This document shows positions 1 to 11,694 of a DNA stretch of 64,000 bases, piece after piece (the first letter of the stretch is position 1; each line of letters starts with the position of its first letter). Source of the DNA: Pecten maximus (Eukaryota); assembly GCF_902652985.1 (NCBI RefSeq), contig NC_047016.1:20708001-20772000 (forward strand), given 5' to 3'. A program made the position numbers and the translations under genes. A model generated the notes under the pieces. It did no database searches and was not told the DNA's origin. It was given only the letters and a program-made list of their open reading frames with translations.

Positions 1-198
1 ACAATGCTTGCCATCAAATAACCTCAAATGGAGGTACATAAAACACAGAAGGTGTCGATGAATTAAGCTTGTGAGTTTATTCTGTAATGACATGGCGATA
101 ATACATCACACAAGCCTTTTAAGGCTTACATCGATGTCATACTGTGATTACTGTGATTACTGAGTGTTTCCATGATTTTCACGACGTTTTTTTAAATA

Positions 199-560
199 TC
201 CACTCTTTACACTACCATTCATTATTCCAAACTTAAGGAAAGCCTTCGCTGTTTTGTAATGAAAACATTCCAAGATGAGCAAACGGCGATATAGGACTTG
301 TAACTCTACTATAAACATACTACTAAGGGAAGATAAAATACCACAAATATGAAATCGTGAGAATGGACGGAATTCTGGTTGACAATATCTTTGTTGAGCT
401 TTTGTGACAAGATCTTCTCACAGATCAAACTGTGCTGCTCTCTTGGCCGGATTTTTCTTGTTTTGATACGCTCTTGATTAAATTGCGGAAGAACAGATGT
501 AGAGAGCTAGCAAAGTCCTTAAGTTTCATTCATAAATATATCGATGATATGCTGTCTCAA
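199..560 (+). mobile_element. Degenerate Penelope-like (PLE) retroelement reverse-transcriptase fragment
   Basis: Frameshifted peptides STLYTTIHYSKLKESL (199-), LVDNIFVE (375-), NCAALLAG (428-) and ELAKSLSFIHKYIDDMLS occur in the order of PLE RT motifs (STLYTTIPH / LIDNIFV / NCAPLLAD / RYIDD). Recognised from memory. Confidence 0.7.
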
Positions 561-1377
561 AGAAAAAAACAACATTGTATTGATAATGCCTTTGTCCTTC
601 TACATTTGGCGCCCAACTAAAACACCCATGGAAGGGGGTGTAGGGTCTGGTGTGTGTGTCATCTGGATCCTCACGACCTCATCCTTGGTAAAACATATAC
701 TACCGATTCTGAATATCGCCTTCATTGCCTTTACCTTACTTACATCAGGTGGTATATGTCAGTAATGTCATTACCAATACTAAACATACGATATTGAGTA
801 TATAATAATAAATGTTGTTAATGTAATAATCAAGAATATTATGTAAAGAATGCAATTAAAGAAAGCCGAAAATCTGGTATTGTAATATTTATATAAGCCG
901 AATTTAACAGGTCAAGAATATATGTGGTCAATATTCCACTTCAAAATCATTGTTTAACCGTAAAGAAGGGTAATTGTATATGCTATTTTTTATCAATTGC
1001 TTCATAGTTTATCTGAAATATTATCATGTTTTAAGCGAATGATGACGCATATTCCATTTTTTAATTAAACGTTTCTTAGCCATACGCCTGTTTTTCTTCT
1101 TTTTTCCAATTTAGTTTTACCAAGGTGCATTAATGTTGACACATGGATTTATGTTTTGGTCAGGTGTTAAAAACTTGAACACCAGCAGCATAACTGCATT
1201 TCTTATAATGACTAATCTCTTTTACGGTTAAAATAGGCATTGATTTGTATGAGAGTAGGTTGTGGGAAAGGACATTTATGATTGGATTGGTTTTTTTTTA
1301 CATATTATTTAAGAAAAAGTATACATTTCAAAATTATGTTTATTTATAATGAGAATCGACTTGTTTTGTATTCAAAG

Positions 1378-1519
1378 GAATGTAACGCAACGCAAGCATT
1401 CAAAAGTTCCGTAACAGAAGTAGGACGACGGAAAAGGGCACAGAGCACGACCAACCTACAGCTTAGGTCTGAATGTTGTAATCACTCACTGTGTAACAAC
1501 TTCGATCCTTTCAATAACA
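1378..1519 (+). CDS. Internal exon (phase 0-1) of Ly6/uPAR-like + mucin gene: ECNATQAFKSSVTEVGRRKRAQSTTNLQLRSECCNHSLCNNFDPFNN
   Basis: Acceptor ttgtattcaaag at 1377 and donor gtaagt at 1520. Ends in CCxxxxCN, the C-terminal signature of LU/three-finger-like domains, and carries a basic RRKR motif. Upstream exons were not identified in the window. Confidence 0.8.
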
Positions 1520-1883
1520 GTAAGTTAACCAGTTATATCACATAAACCGTTCGTATGTAATGAGTGCTGTGTTTGTCGGTTATGCATCAACAATTTATAC
1601 AATGATAGATAAAGTAGGTTTTATCGACATAAAATGATACAAACATCGTTTTTTTATCAAGCAATTTACTTTGTATTTGATGTGCATAAAACGCCTTTTT
1701 GATATAAATTAATTCCCTTTTTTTTTGCATTGTTCCCAGCTATAAAAGGAAAATTTTAAAACCATTTCATCAGCAATAAAATGCCATAAAACAATGCATT
1801 CTTTTTAGCTTAACCCACACTTATCAGCATAAAACTTATCAGCATAAAACTTAATTGGAAATTGCTTTATCATATATTTACAG

Positions 1884-1931
1884 CGGGGCATGACAATGTA
1901 GGCAAAATCGATTCTTCAAAAGTTAATTGCC
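1884..1931 (+). CDS. Short phase 1-1 exon (TGHDNVGKIDSSKVNC) of the same gene
   Basis: tttacag acceptor, gtaagt donor, 48 nt, keeps frame between neighbouring exons. Confidence 0.65.
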
Positions 1932-2760
1932 GTAAGTATGTCTTCCTTGAAGTTATTTTCCGTGTGTCATGGTGTTTATATCAGAGAAAAACATCCGATG
2001 TGTTGAATTGTTTTTTAGGTCAAAACCGTGCGTACAACTTCACGTTCTTTCGGTGTAATCATAAACATACCTGGTAGTAGAACCCCGCTCACGGCGTATA
2101 TACTACATGAACATGTATACAATTGTAATTATGGTATAGAATTACACTGTATACCTGCTCAGCATCATCAGATGATAAAACACCATATGTTATCATTTGT
2201 AAAACGCTATACCTCAAGTATAGAGTGGGCTACCTCTCTTATCACTCCTACCACTCCATAGCTGCTGGGCCAATGACAGATGTGATCAATCTGCAAAGAC
2301 ATCGTCCCATCCTAGAGTCAATTCGTACACAGCAATATAGCACGAATTGTGTATAACAAATAAAACTGTGCAAGCATTTCGAAAATGAACGAATTATTTA
2401 CTGTTGTGCACAATTCCATAATAGACCAAGCTAATAAGAGGACGTATACGACATGCATTCCAGTGTACTTATATGGATTCCATATTATTGGACATTCTGT
2501 TGAGAGTCCAGATGTAATTTGAAGTCATTGTGTAATTGGTAACGTACATGCATTCATTGTTTAATACAAGGTCAGGCGGGATGTTTACCTGATATATTTG
2601 AAATATATTTCAGCGTGCTGTCATGGATTCTTCATAAATGAGATGCCATTGTGACTACATAATTTCTTGTTAAAATGTTTTCTGTACTTGTCTTCCAGGA
2701 GAAACCAAACCGGAACTGGTAATGAAAAATACAAATATTTTATTCGTGTTTTCTCAACAG

Positions 2761-2937
2761 CCACAACACCAGCTACAGCAACTACAACTACACCCACCCC
2801 AACGACCACACCTACAACTACAACAACTACGACAACGCCCTCAACTACGACCATCCCAACAACTACAACAACCACGCCAACAACTACTACCACGCAAACT
2901 ATAACTGTAATTACAACTCCGAAACCAACCACTCCAA
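2761..2937 (+). CDS. Thr/Pro-rich mucin-like exon (phase 1-1)
   Basis: ttttctcaacag acceptor and gtaaga donor at 2938. Open frame TTPATATTTTPTPTTTP...TTPKPTTP with variable third positions of ACN codons. Confidence 0.85.
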
Positions 2938-3146
2938 GTAAGATCCCGTGAAAAGTAAAAATGCTTCTTCCGCATTTTTGTCATTTCAATACAAAATTTG
3001 CATTGGTTGCAGTGCTTTCATTGTCTCTTGCCTGCTTTCGGTTTTATTGAGAAAAAATGAAAACGTCAATATTTCTTTAAAGCAAAAGCTTTCAACACAT
3101 GTAAATACTGTGTGGTTTACATCATCACCACCACCAACAATTACAG

Positions 3147-3623
3147 CAACGACTACCATGCCGACAACTACCACCACGCCCACAACTACAACCACACCCA
3201 CAACCACCACCACTCCTTCAACTACGACGTCCACATCAACGACTACACCTACCTCCACGCCTACAATAACAACAACGCCGACTACAACTACCACGCCCAC
3301 AACCACGACCACGCCTACTACAACAACGATACCAACAACCACGACCATGCCTACAACAACCACGACTCCTACAACCACGACCACGCCTACAACTACCACA
3401 ACGACCACGCCTACTACAACAACGACGCCAACAACTACAACCACGACTCCTACAACCACGACCACACCTACTACAACAACGACGCCAACAACCACGACCA
3501 CGCCTACAACTACCACAACGACCACGCCTACTACAACAACGACGCCAACAACTACGACCACGCCTACAACGACCACGACCACACCTACAACAACCACGCC
3601 TACTACTACTACGCTGGTACCGA
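3147..3623 (+). CDS. Large (PTTTTT)n mucin-like exon (phase 1-1)
   Basis: ttacag acceptor (weak pyrimidine tract) and donor gtaggt at 3624, in the phase needed by the next exon. About 158 codons, mostly Thr/Pro with synonymous variation. Boundaries less certain than the core. Confidence 0.8.
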
Positions 3624-3805
3624 GTAGGTCGATGGCTAATCTTTAAGAAGGATATTTGTAGTATGTTAATAGTATGTTTTAATTCAGTATCAGAATGTGG
3701 TGCGTTCATGCAGCTTATTATTTAATTTGCTTCTGGAAGGAAACGTGTGCTTGCATTTTTCGTTCGTCTTTAAAATGGTTGAAATGAGCTGATTGCATCT
3801 ATGTC

Positions 3806-4420
3806 TAACAACAGTTCACAGTCGTTTCATGGTTCATCAGTCAACAGTCAAAACTGTTTTCACGAGGTGTTGGTACTGACCAGATGAACTGTTTCCCCGA
3901 GGCCGAAGACCGAGGGAAACAGTTCACCTGGTCAGTACCAACACCGAGTGAAAACTGTTTTGACTGTTGACTGATGAGACACGAACCAACTGTTTTGTTA
4001 TCTGACCATTGAGGTGAATAAATTACCAAAATAAAAAACCCAGTCTGAAATTCAAAATTTAATAACCCACAGAACCCTTGATGGTATTCTTGGTATTAGC
4101 TTAGTCTCTGTTCTCTATTTGATTTAAAAGCCCATCATCGTTTATGTCTTCAAATTTATAAGTCATGTTTACAAACAGACGACAAGTAGTGTAGTCACTG
4201 TCATCTGTACGCTTGTAATTAGGCGCGTTCGATTGGGCAGCGCGTAGTCGGGCAACAGTTCATGGGTAGCATTCACGGTAAATCATGTGACCGGGCAACA
4301 GTTCATGGGTAGCATGTTTTATAGGAAAACAGTCAAATTTGGTTAATATCCATTTATATAGTGAGTCAGATAACAATCAAACTTGGTTAATATCCATTTA
4401 TATAGTGAGTCAGATAACAA
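3806..4420 (+). mobile_element. Intronic non-autonomous element with a long terminal hairpin (possibly Crypton-type)
   Basis: 64-bp imperfect inverted arms 3834-3897 and 3914-3977 around a CGAGGCCGAAGACCGA loop. Distal end gtcagataacaa (4365-4376) is complementary to ttgttatctgac (3995-4006). The terminal 44 bp are tandemly duplicated (4333-4376, 4377-4420). Confidence 0.7.
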
Positions 4421-4833
4421 TAAAAGCCGTCAGGACGTATGCTCATCTTTTGTAGGATCCAGGAAAATGTTTAATGTTGATTGTTGATCGATGATTCAAT
4501 ATCAGTGTTCAATAGAGACAAGATTTTATGAGTAACATAAATTCACATAATTATTTATGATATATGAAATCTCAAACAATACTTTGCTGACCATGGCACG
4601 AGATCATGAGAGAAGTAGAAAGGCAGAGTCATGTTGTTTAGAGGCATATCATTTACAGCTATTGATATACACCAAAGACATTTCAAAAGACCCGCAATTA
4701 TTTCTGTCAATGTTTGAGATATCTTAAAAAATATACTTAGCATTATTATCAATTTCTCAACCATTTAATGTAAGTTTTGTTTGGCACGGGGATTCGAGTC
4801 AATTTATTGATAAATCTTACTGACTCATTGCAG

Positions 4834-4972
4834 CCACGTGTTACGTGTGTAATGGCCCTCCGTTTCTGTGTGAGTCCCACGTGAGAGAACAGCGATGTAA
4901 TACAGTTGATCAGCAGTTCTGTCTCAACAGGTTCGTCAACAACGATGACGGCACGCGATCAGTGTTTAGAAG
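4834..4972 (+). CDS. Cys-rich exon (phase 1-2): TCYVCNGPPFLCESHVREQRCNTVDQQFCLNRFVNNDDGTRSVFR
   Basis: cattgcag acceptor and aag/gtaaat donor. CYxC start typical of LU-like domains. Not in the ORF track. Confidence 0.9.
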
Positions 4973-6061
4973 GTAAATACGTCCTTTTTATCAAGGTCAC
5001 TAACCTCTAACAGAACCAAAGTTATATAGTGTATCCCTATCATTTACTACAATAGGCCTTGATTTACAGTGTTTTGTATATGCCCTTATAGGGACCAACC
5101 AACCAATTGTTTTCCCATAGACTTTAGTGTTAACGTTTTTGAGTACATTATATATGTATTTCATTCAAATTCTTGAATTCAATATGACAATTATGGTTTA
5201 TAACAAAAGTTTAGGGTCTTATATAACACCTGATCAAAAAAAAGTTGGGTCCTTTAGCTCAACATTTCTCCAGGGTAGCCATTTTGAAAATGGGTAAATT
5301 TCGCAGTAAAAATTCTCAAAAATCTGAAAAGTTTACCTGTTAATTATTATTACCTGAACTTTTGGAAAAATTCAATCGGATAGTTACCTATCAGGCTACA
5401 TATCTATTTTCTCACTTCATAACATACTGGCCAATCAGTGACTGCCAGATATTTTATCCTTGGCTCAACTTTCTTTACACAGGGAATGTTTCAAAAATCT
5501 ATTTTTTCAATTGGTTGGTTGTTCCCTATAAGATAACCTGTTGTGTTGTGGATTATTTTTGATGTTATAAGGCACTGTCTTATAGTTGTGTTAAGTGTCG
5601 TTTTGATTGTTATACATGTATTTGCTGGCATTGGAAAATCAGCATCAAACCAATTGATAAAGAAGCTGAAAGTTATAATAGTCTTTCCTACAAAATACCA
5701 TTCATATTGATATTATTACAGTTCACATATTCATATATATTAGCCTGACTAGCATGTATTAAATGTATCCTAAATGATGCTCCTCTATGTGGAGGCGCCA
5801 TAGACATACTTCCCACTCCAGGAAAATGGCATAACGTAATGCACAATAGGTCGACATGTTGATAAATGACGTCAAATTGTTCCCATAGGGACAAGGTGCA
5901 TTTGCATATTCAGTCTAGGTTTCATTTATCGTTGTACTGAAGGACAACCGCAACTGGTCTGTGAAATAAATTTCCCTGTTGGATCACGTATTTTACTGTT
6001 TTACGTTTCTCCCAATTGTATTATGCCATATTGTTTTTATATATATTTCATTGATAAACAG

Positions 6062-6254
6062 CTGCGGTACGGAGTCCGAGTGTAAGGTACAGTGGCTGGC
6101 GGGAACGTCTGACCGACACGAATGTACTGATTACGACACGACACAACTACACCTGTACCCATTCGAATGCACCTACTGCTGCACATCAGCCCTCTGCAAC
6201 CGCAACCTGGTGCCGCCGAAGTCCGACCTGTATGTCGGACACAATCATGGATGA
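6062..6254 (+). CDS. Terminal exon (phase 2): SCGTESECKVQWLAGTSDRHECTDYDTTQLHLYPFECTYCCTSALCNRNLVPPKSDLYVGHNHG*
   Basis: aaacag acceptor at 6061 in phase with the previous exon, CCxxxxCN motif, TGA at 6252-6254, locally GC-richer. Confidence 0.9.
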
Positions 6255-6311
6255 TGTCATCGAGATGAATGGATTGATACTTTTGAAGTTTGAATATAAG
6301 TTGTATTGGCA

Positions 6312-6317
6312 AATAAA
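6312..6317 (+). promoter_or_regulatory. Putative polyadenylation signal AATAAA of the LU-mucin gene
   Basis: AATAAA about 60 nt after the stop codon. Confidence 0.5.
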
Positions 6318-6603
6318 TAATATTATTCATGAAAGTAAAGTGTGTAGATCCTCAGATTTTAGATTTCATTATGCATGAACTGTTAGGGTATACCTACCCT
6401 GATCCATACAAACCTTTCCTAGTCTATTTCAAAATTCAAAACACTTTCTTGGTTAGTCATCCTGTTGTTACCTACAGTCACGAGGTGTAATATAAACGCT
6501 TGGTGTAAAAAAAACAAACAAACAAACAAACTTTAAGGTAAATCTAGGCTCATTTTCATACGCTTATTGATTCATGTTTCACACCAAATTTACAGAAGGT
6601 AGA

Positions 6604-7998
6604 CTCTGGAACATGGTGTATATCATTACTCTATTCGTTTAGTTCACGATACTTTTGTAATCAACAAAGAGACAGGGAATGCAATGTGTTTGGGTCTAAA
6701 TTGATGATCAACTTATAAATCTAATTCCCTTCTACATACTAAAACTATTCCTAACTGCTGGATTTACACATTTACACGCTCCAACGTTCCTATAACCACT
6801 GGCGGCGCCGAAACAGCTTTACAATATTCAAATGCCCTAATCATTTATTGTGATTTATAGAATGTTTTGCTATTAGGATCAAGAGTAAGAGGAAAATAAT
6901 GTTAAAACACAACCTAAAAATATACATTTTGGTAATACTTTATACATAAAAGAATGACCCCATCTATCACACAAGTTTCCCCCTTATTCCAGATGTTTGT
7001 ACACAAGTTTCCCCCTAATTATAGATGTTTGTACACAAGTTTCCCCCTAATTATAGATGTTTGCACACACGTTCCCCCTTATTTAAGATATGTTTACACA
7101 AGTTCCCCCTTATTTCAGATGTTTGTACACAAGTTTCCCCCTAATTATAGATGTTTGCACACACGTTCCTCCTTATTTAAGATATGTTTACACAAGTTCC
7201 CCCTTATTTCAGATGTTTGTACACAAGTTTCCCCCTCATTATAGATGTTTGCACACACGTTCCCCCTTATTTAAGATATGTTTACACAAGTTCCCCCTTA
7301 TTTCAGATGTTTGTACACAATTTCCCCCCTTATTTCAGATATTTGTACACAAGTTTCCCTGTTACTTCAGATGTTTGTACACAATTTCCCCCCTTATTTC
7401 AGATATTTGTACACAAGTTTCCCTGTTACTTCAGATGTTTGTACACAAGTTCCCCCCTTATTTCAGGTGTTTGTACACAAGTTCCCCCCTTATTTCAGAT
7501 GTTTGTACACAAGTCCCCCCGCCCCTTATTTCAGATGTTTGTACACAAGTCCCCCCCCCCCCCCCCCCCCCCCTTATTTCAGATGTTTGTACAGTTTACG
7601 TATTATTTAGACTTTTCCTTTGAGACTTGTCACCATTTTGGTAGCATCTTACTGCAAAGAATGGTGTTTAAATTTAATTTGTCTCATATCAACAACAACA
7701 CATTCAGGGATTTTGAATATGTATTCATGTGTATGCTGTATCACAGAGATTTAAAGTATGTTGCCTAAATCTGCCGTCATATTTATATCTGTTTATATAG
7801 GACAAATTAGTATAAAGTGGCCAAGTGTTTACTGCTATATTACCAATTAATAACTGAATATTGTAAAATGAGGTTGAAAGGGCTTAATTTGGTGTTAGTA
7901 AAGATTCCAATGATGTGATCCAGTATACGGACATTAAGAGATACTTCGAAAAAGACAAATTGCATACACTTTAGGGACTCATGCATTAACCAGTTAAA
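6604..7998 (+). repeat. Older diverged paralog of the segments 19302-20004 and 32798-33483
   Basis: Colinear shared blocks: ctctgg.catggtgtatatcattactctattcgttt, aatgcaatgtgtttgg, cctataaccactg, gaaacagcttta, gagacttgtca, cattaagagata...catacacttt. Confidence 0.85.
6969..7596. repeat. 31-32 bp minisatellite (acacaagtttcccccttatttcagatgtttgt), about 19-20 units, with a 94-bp trimer substructure
   Basis: Direct tandem repeats; identical blocks recur at 94-bp spacing (7090, 7184, 7278). Confidence 0.95.
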
Positions 7999-8181
7999 GC
8001 CGCATACTCCCGAACAAGCTAAAATTCTAGTTGCATACGTGTATTGATGGCAATCCAAGATGCTCATTCACGCTCTACCAAAATCAAAATACCACTGGCC
8101 AGGACGCTTGACCGGGGGAGTCCTTGAGACATCAGTGTATAATCTATATTTACAGCGGGATTTGTGACGGAGCCGAGAACG

Positions 8182-9429
8182 AAGCCGTTTTAACATTTAA
8201 TCCCATTTCCTCTTAAGGTAAAATATGCTTCAAATTTATTTCACTTAAGTGAAATACTTTTTACCTTAAGGTTAAAAGGCTTTTTTTTGCATTATGTTTT
8301 ATTTCACTTAAGTGAAATAATTTTTATTCATCTTAAGGGAAAATCAGTGAAATAAAACATAATTCAAATGCTGCTGTTGAGTAAATAGGACACCCACTCT
8401 CATGAATCAGATATGGACTAGTCCATCTATTGACCAAGCATTAGGTGTTTAATTTCTGACCAATTCGAGACCTTTTCTCTACTTCATTTGTTGTTTGTAA
8501 AATCAATATTATTTCCCATATGATTTACTTTCACTTATGTTTTATTTAAGTAATAAGAACGTGTCAAAGTTAAAGTTTACTCAAGCTGTTTCTTAGTTGA
8601 CATAGCATTGGATTACAGTGTTTAATGGTTTTAACAACATCTTCTTTGTCAAAATCGGTTATCTTATTTAATTTACTTTTAAAAACTAAAAATGAAGGCG
8701 TTTATTAAGCATGATTTCTAATTAATTCCACTATTTCATTATTTTGAGAAAAATCTGTTCATACTTAATAGTATGTATAAGCGAAAGGTTTACACTGAAT
8801 ATATAAATCATAAGTGAAATAAAACAAAATGGAAATAAAACATAATGGAAATAAAACATAAGGAAAATAAATCATAAGTGAAATACAACATAATGGAAAT
8901 ATTTTTTTTTACCTTCGAAAAAATAAAACATCATGGCAATGAAACATAACATATATTGAAATGTGTTTCACTTTACTTTCATGATGATAAAAAAGTATCT
9001 TCAAGTTATGGTTTTAGATATATAAATGTGGTATAAAACCGGTTTGGAGACAGGTCTAAGGGGAGGGTTCATTCCATTATACCATTGGGTGGATAGGAGG
9101 ACAGAGTGACTTTATGAACATATGGACAGTTTTATTTACCTTAAGATGAAAAGAATTTCACTTAAGGGACAAGTATTTTGCATTATGTCTGCACACATTT
9201 TTTTTCACTTAAGTGAAATTCTTTTTGTCTTAAGGGAAGTTAACATTTATTTGCATTATGTTTTATTTCACTTAAATGAAAAAGAATTTCACTTAAGTGA
9301 AATTCTTTTCACCTTAAGGTGAATAAATTATTTGCATTATGTTTTTTACACTTAAGTGAAATTCTTTTTTCACTTAAGTAAAAAAAATATCCCCTTAAGA
9401 GGAAATGGGATTAACTGTTAAAATGGCTT
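8182..9429. mobile_element. Non-autonomous TIR DNA transposon (MITE-like)
   Basis: 37-bp inverted termini aagccgttttaacatttaatcccatttcctcttaagg (8182-8218) and ccttaagaggaaatgggattaactgttaaaatggctt (9393-9429). Subterminal repeats of the palindrome ttcacttaagtgaa. Confidence 0.8.
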
Positions 9430-9527
9430 GCCATACACTGCACATAAATTACACACATGGCCATTGTTTACATATCGAGCATACATGAACTTTGTCTAAT
9501 AATGATTTCATTTAAACATATTAAAAG

Positions 9528-9855
9528 AATACCTCCAGTGATTTGTGTAGGGTATCAGTATACCTCCAGTGATTTATGTAGGGTATCAGTATACCTCCAG
9601 TAATGTATGTAGGGTATCAGAATACCTCCAGTGATTTATGTAGGGTATCAGTATACCTCCAGTGATTTATGTAGGGTATCAGTATACCTCCAGTAATGTA
9701 TGTAGGGTATCAGAATACCTCCAGTGATTTATGTAGGGTATCAGTATATCTCTAGTAGTTTACGTTGGAAGTGAATATCACCATATCTTCAGTGATTTAT
9801 GTAGGATATACCTCCAGTAACTTATGTAGGATATCAACATACTTTGAGTGATTTA
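9528..9855. repeat. 31-bp satellite array 1 (cagtatacctccagtgatttatgtagggtat)
   Basis: Direct tandem repeats; same family as 20075-23330 and 33555-34377. Confidence 0.95.
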
Positions 9856-10851
9856 TTTATACAGATTAAGAAAATTTCCATGCTTGGGTTTGTAATCATT
9901 ATCACAAAATACTAGCGACGATATAGCTTTAACTACTAGTAAAAGGGAAGTAACTCTTCTAAGTAAGTAGATAAAAAGATTAAACACGTGCAGTTCTCTT
10001 GAAATCAAACTAATTTGTATATAACAAAACACTATATCAAACGATATCGATTGACACTGATGAATTTTAGATTATTTGTTCATAACTATATATAGACTGC
10101 ATCTAAAACATAGTTATGTTATGTATAATAAGTATCCTTTTCAGTGTTTGGTGCCGGGATCATAGTCTGGAAAGGGCATTATCTCATTATATATCTAATC
10201 ATGAAAGACATTGCCACAATTATATACACTCAGTGATCTGAAATATTAAAGATTCTACATCGCCAAATACACTGCTTTTCCCAAAAACGACACCCGTTGT
10301 ATCGAAATGTATCTAACCAACACCAACAAACTGAAAAATTGATTACTGACTCCTCATATTCATCGCTTATAAGACCTAAAGTTAAATCCAAAACATATAG
10401 GTGAAGCATGATGGATTTAATTATTTATCCATTCAAAACAAAAAGGTAAAAGGAAAACTTAATTTAGGAGGGTGCTGATAGTGTAAAGTTTTTAACTATT
10501 GGTATTTGTATGTTCAGTCGGTCATCATTATACTTTATCGAACATGTAGCATCTTTAAAGATATGTGTAGTCCCTGTCGTACTTGTTGGTGTCAAATGTA
10601 TTTCATTCACAACAATACTTAACGCAACAATAAACTGTCAACAATAAGCATTGTATTCATCCTTGTCCCAAAAGATACAACATCAGTGAAGTATTCGCAT
10701 TCCAGATCTCCAATACATTCCTTACACATAGAAAGGTAGGATATCATAGAATGTATTTTGAAATCATGTTACATTAAAAAGAATTAGAAAACATCCGGAA
10801 TTTAATAATATAATTTTTGATAAGTTTTCATTTTGTATCTACTCTATATCA

Positions 10852-10952
10852 TTATTTGCAGCAGAAGTAGTAGATGCAACACAGGACGATTATACCCGAA
10901 AATCCTCCTCCTCCGCCAAGGGCTATGAACAATGTGGAATGCGAGGACGAAT
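10852..10952 (-). CDS. Microprotein gene copy A, terminal exon: (D)SSSHSTLFIALGGGGGFSGIIVLCCIYYFCCK*
   Basis: Minus-strand acceptor tttcatttttgtttcag, phase 1. Hydrophobic TM-length segment with a Cys-rich end and TAA at 10854-10852. Confidence 0.8.
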
Positions 10953-11290
10953 CTGAAACAAAAATGAAACATTAAGTTTTCTTTAGGAAATATGTTTTCA
11001 TCCACTTCAAAGGCTAACTAGTTACTGTTTAAATAATTCTTGAATTTAGATTGATCTTTTATATAAAATGATAATGACATAGTTGTGAAAACACATTAAA
11101 TACCTTCCAAAATAAGTAAGCATATAATTGTTCATTTTGAACAATTTAACTTTACATTCCTATTGATTTCCTTAAAAAAGACGAACCGTTCTCTAATTCC
11201 CAATTTTTGTTTAAAGATATTAATATCTTAAATGTTTTTTAATAATACATTGAGATTGCAGGTAACAAAAACAGCTGCTTAACTACCTAC

Positions 11291-11416
11291 CCACAATAGA
11301 ACCACTACATACAATAGAACCACTACCTACTGTAGAACCACTACCTACAGTAGAACCACTACCTACAAGAGAGCCACTACCTACAATAGAACCACTACCT
11401 ACTGTAGAACCACTTC
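11291..11416 (-). CDS. Possible optional exon of microprotein gene A: (GSGSxV)7 from an 18-bp repeat
   Basis: Phase 1-1, 126 nt, acceptor ctattgtag and donor gtaggt at 11290; in frame with the flanking exons. Upstream out-of-frame AGs exist, so it may instead be an intronic minisatellite. Confidence 0.45.
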
Positions 11417-11634
11417 CTACAATAGAACTACTACACACAGTATAAGCCCTACATACAGCAGAAAGATGAACTTAACAATACAAATATCAATAGTTTATGC
11501 AAGTATTGAATGTTTTTTTTTAGCACAATAAGCCAAGCTATCAGTCAAGGATTTTAAGCAAGAAACCAACCAGAATATGAGTTCATTAGATGACTAATCA
11601 CGATAAAAACTGCGTGTTAGTCTCGTCAACTTAC

Positions 11635-11694
11635 CCTCATTCTCTGGCGTTGAATCATACTGGGACAACACTGGGTTTACTAGCAATGTCAGAC
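11635..11694 (-). CDS. Microprotein gene copy A, exon: (C)LTLLVNPVLSQYDSTPENE
   Basis: Acceptor tttttctgttttgtttgacag, donor G/gtaagt, 60 nt, phase 1-1. Confidence 0.8.

Noticed and set aside
2699-2718. Extra micro-exon in the mucin gene
   Set aside because: 20 nt breaks the frame and leaves only a 42-nt intron.
2621-3709. Poly-Val, His/Asn-rich and Arg/Cys-rich ORFs
   Set aside because: Antisense or alternate frames of the Thr/Pro mucin exons; only the Thr frame has matching splice phases.
5056-5918. Possible intronic DNA transposon
   Set aside because: Could not define convincing termini by eye.
6954-7768. FQMFVHKFPP-type ORFs
   Set aside because: Translations of the 31-32 bp minisatellite; the unit length is not a multiple of 3.
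9943-9966. aagggaagtaactcttct motif shared with 46682 and 45241
   Set aside because: Short match, probably a common dispersed repeat fragment rather than paralogy.
11266-11445. Plus-strand (EPLPTV)n reading of the 18-bp repeat
   Set aside because: No partner exons found on the + strand; the surrounding gene is on the minus strand.
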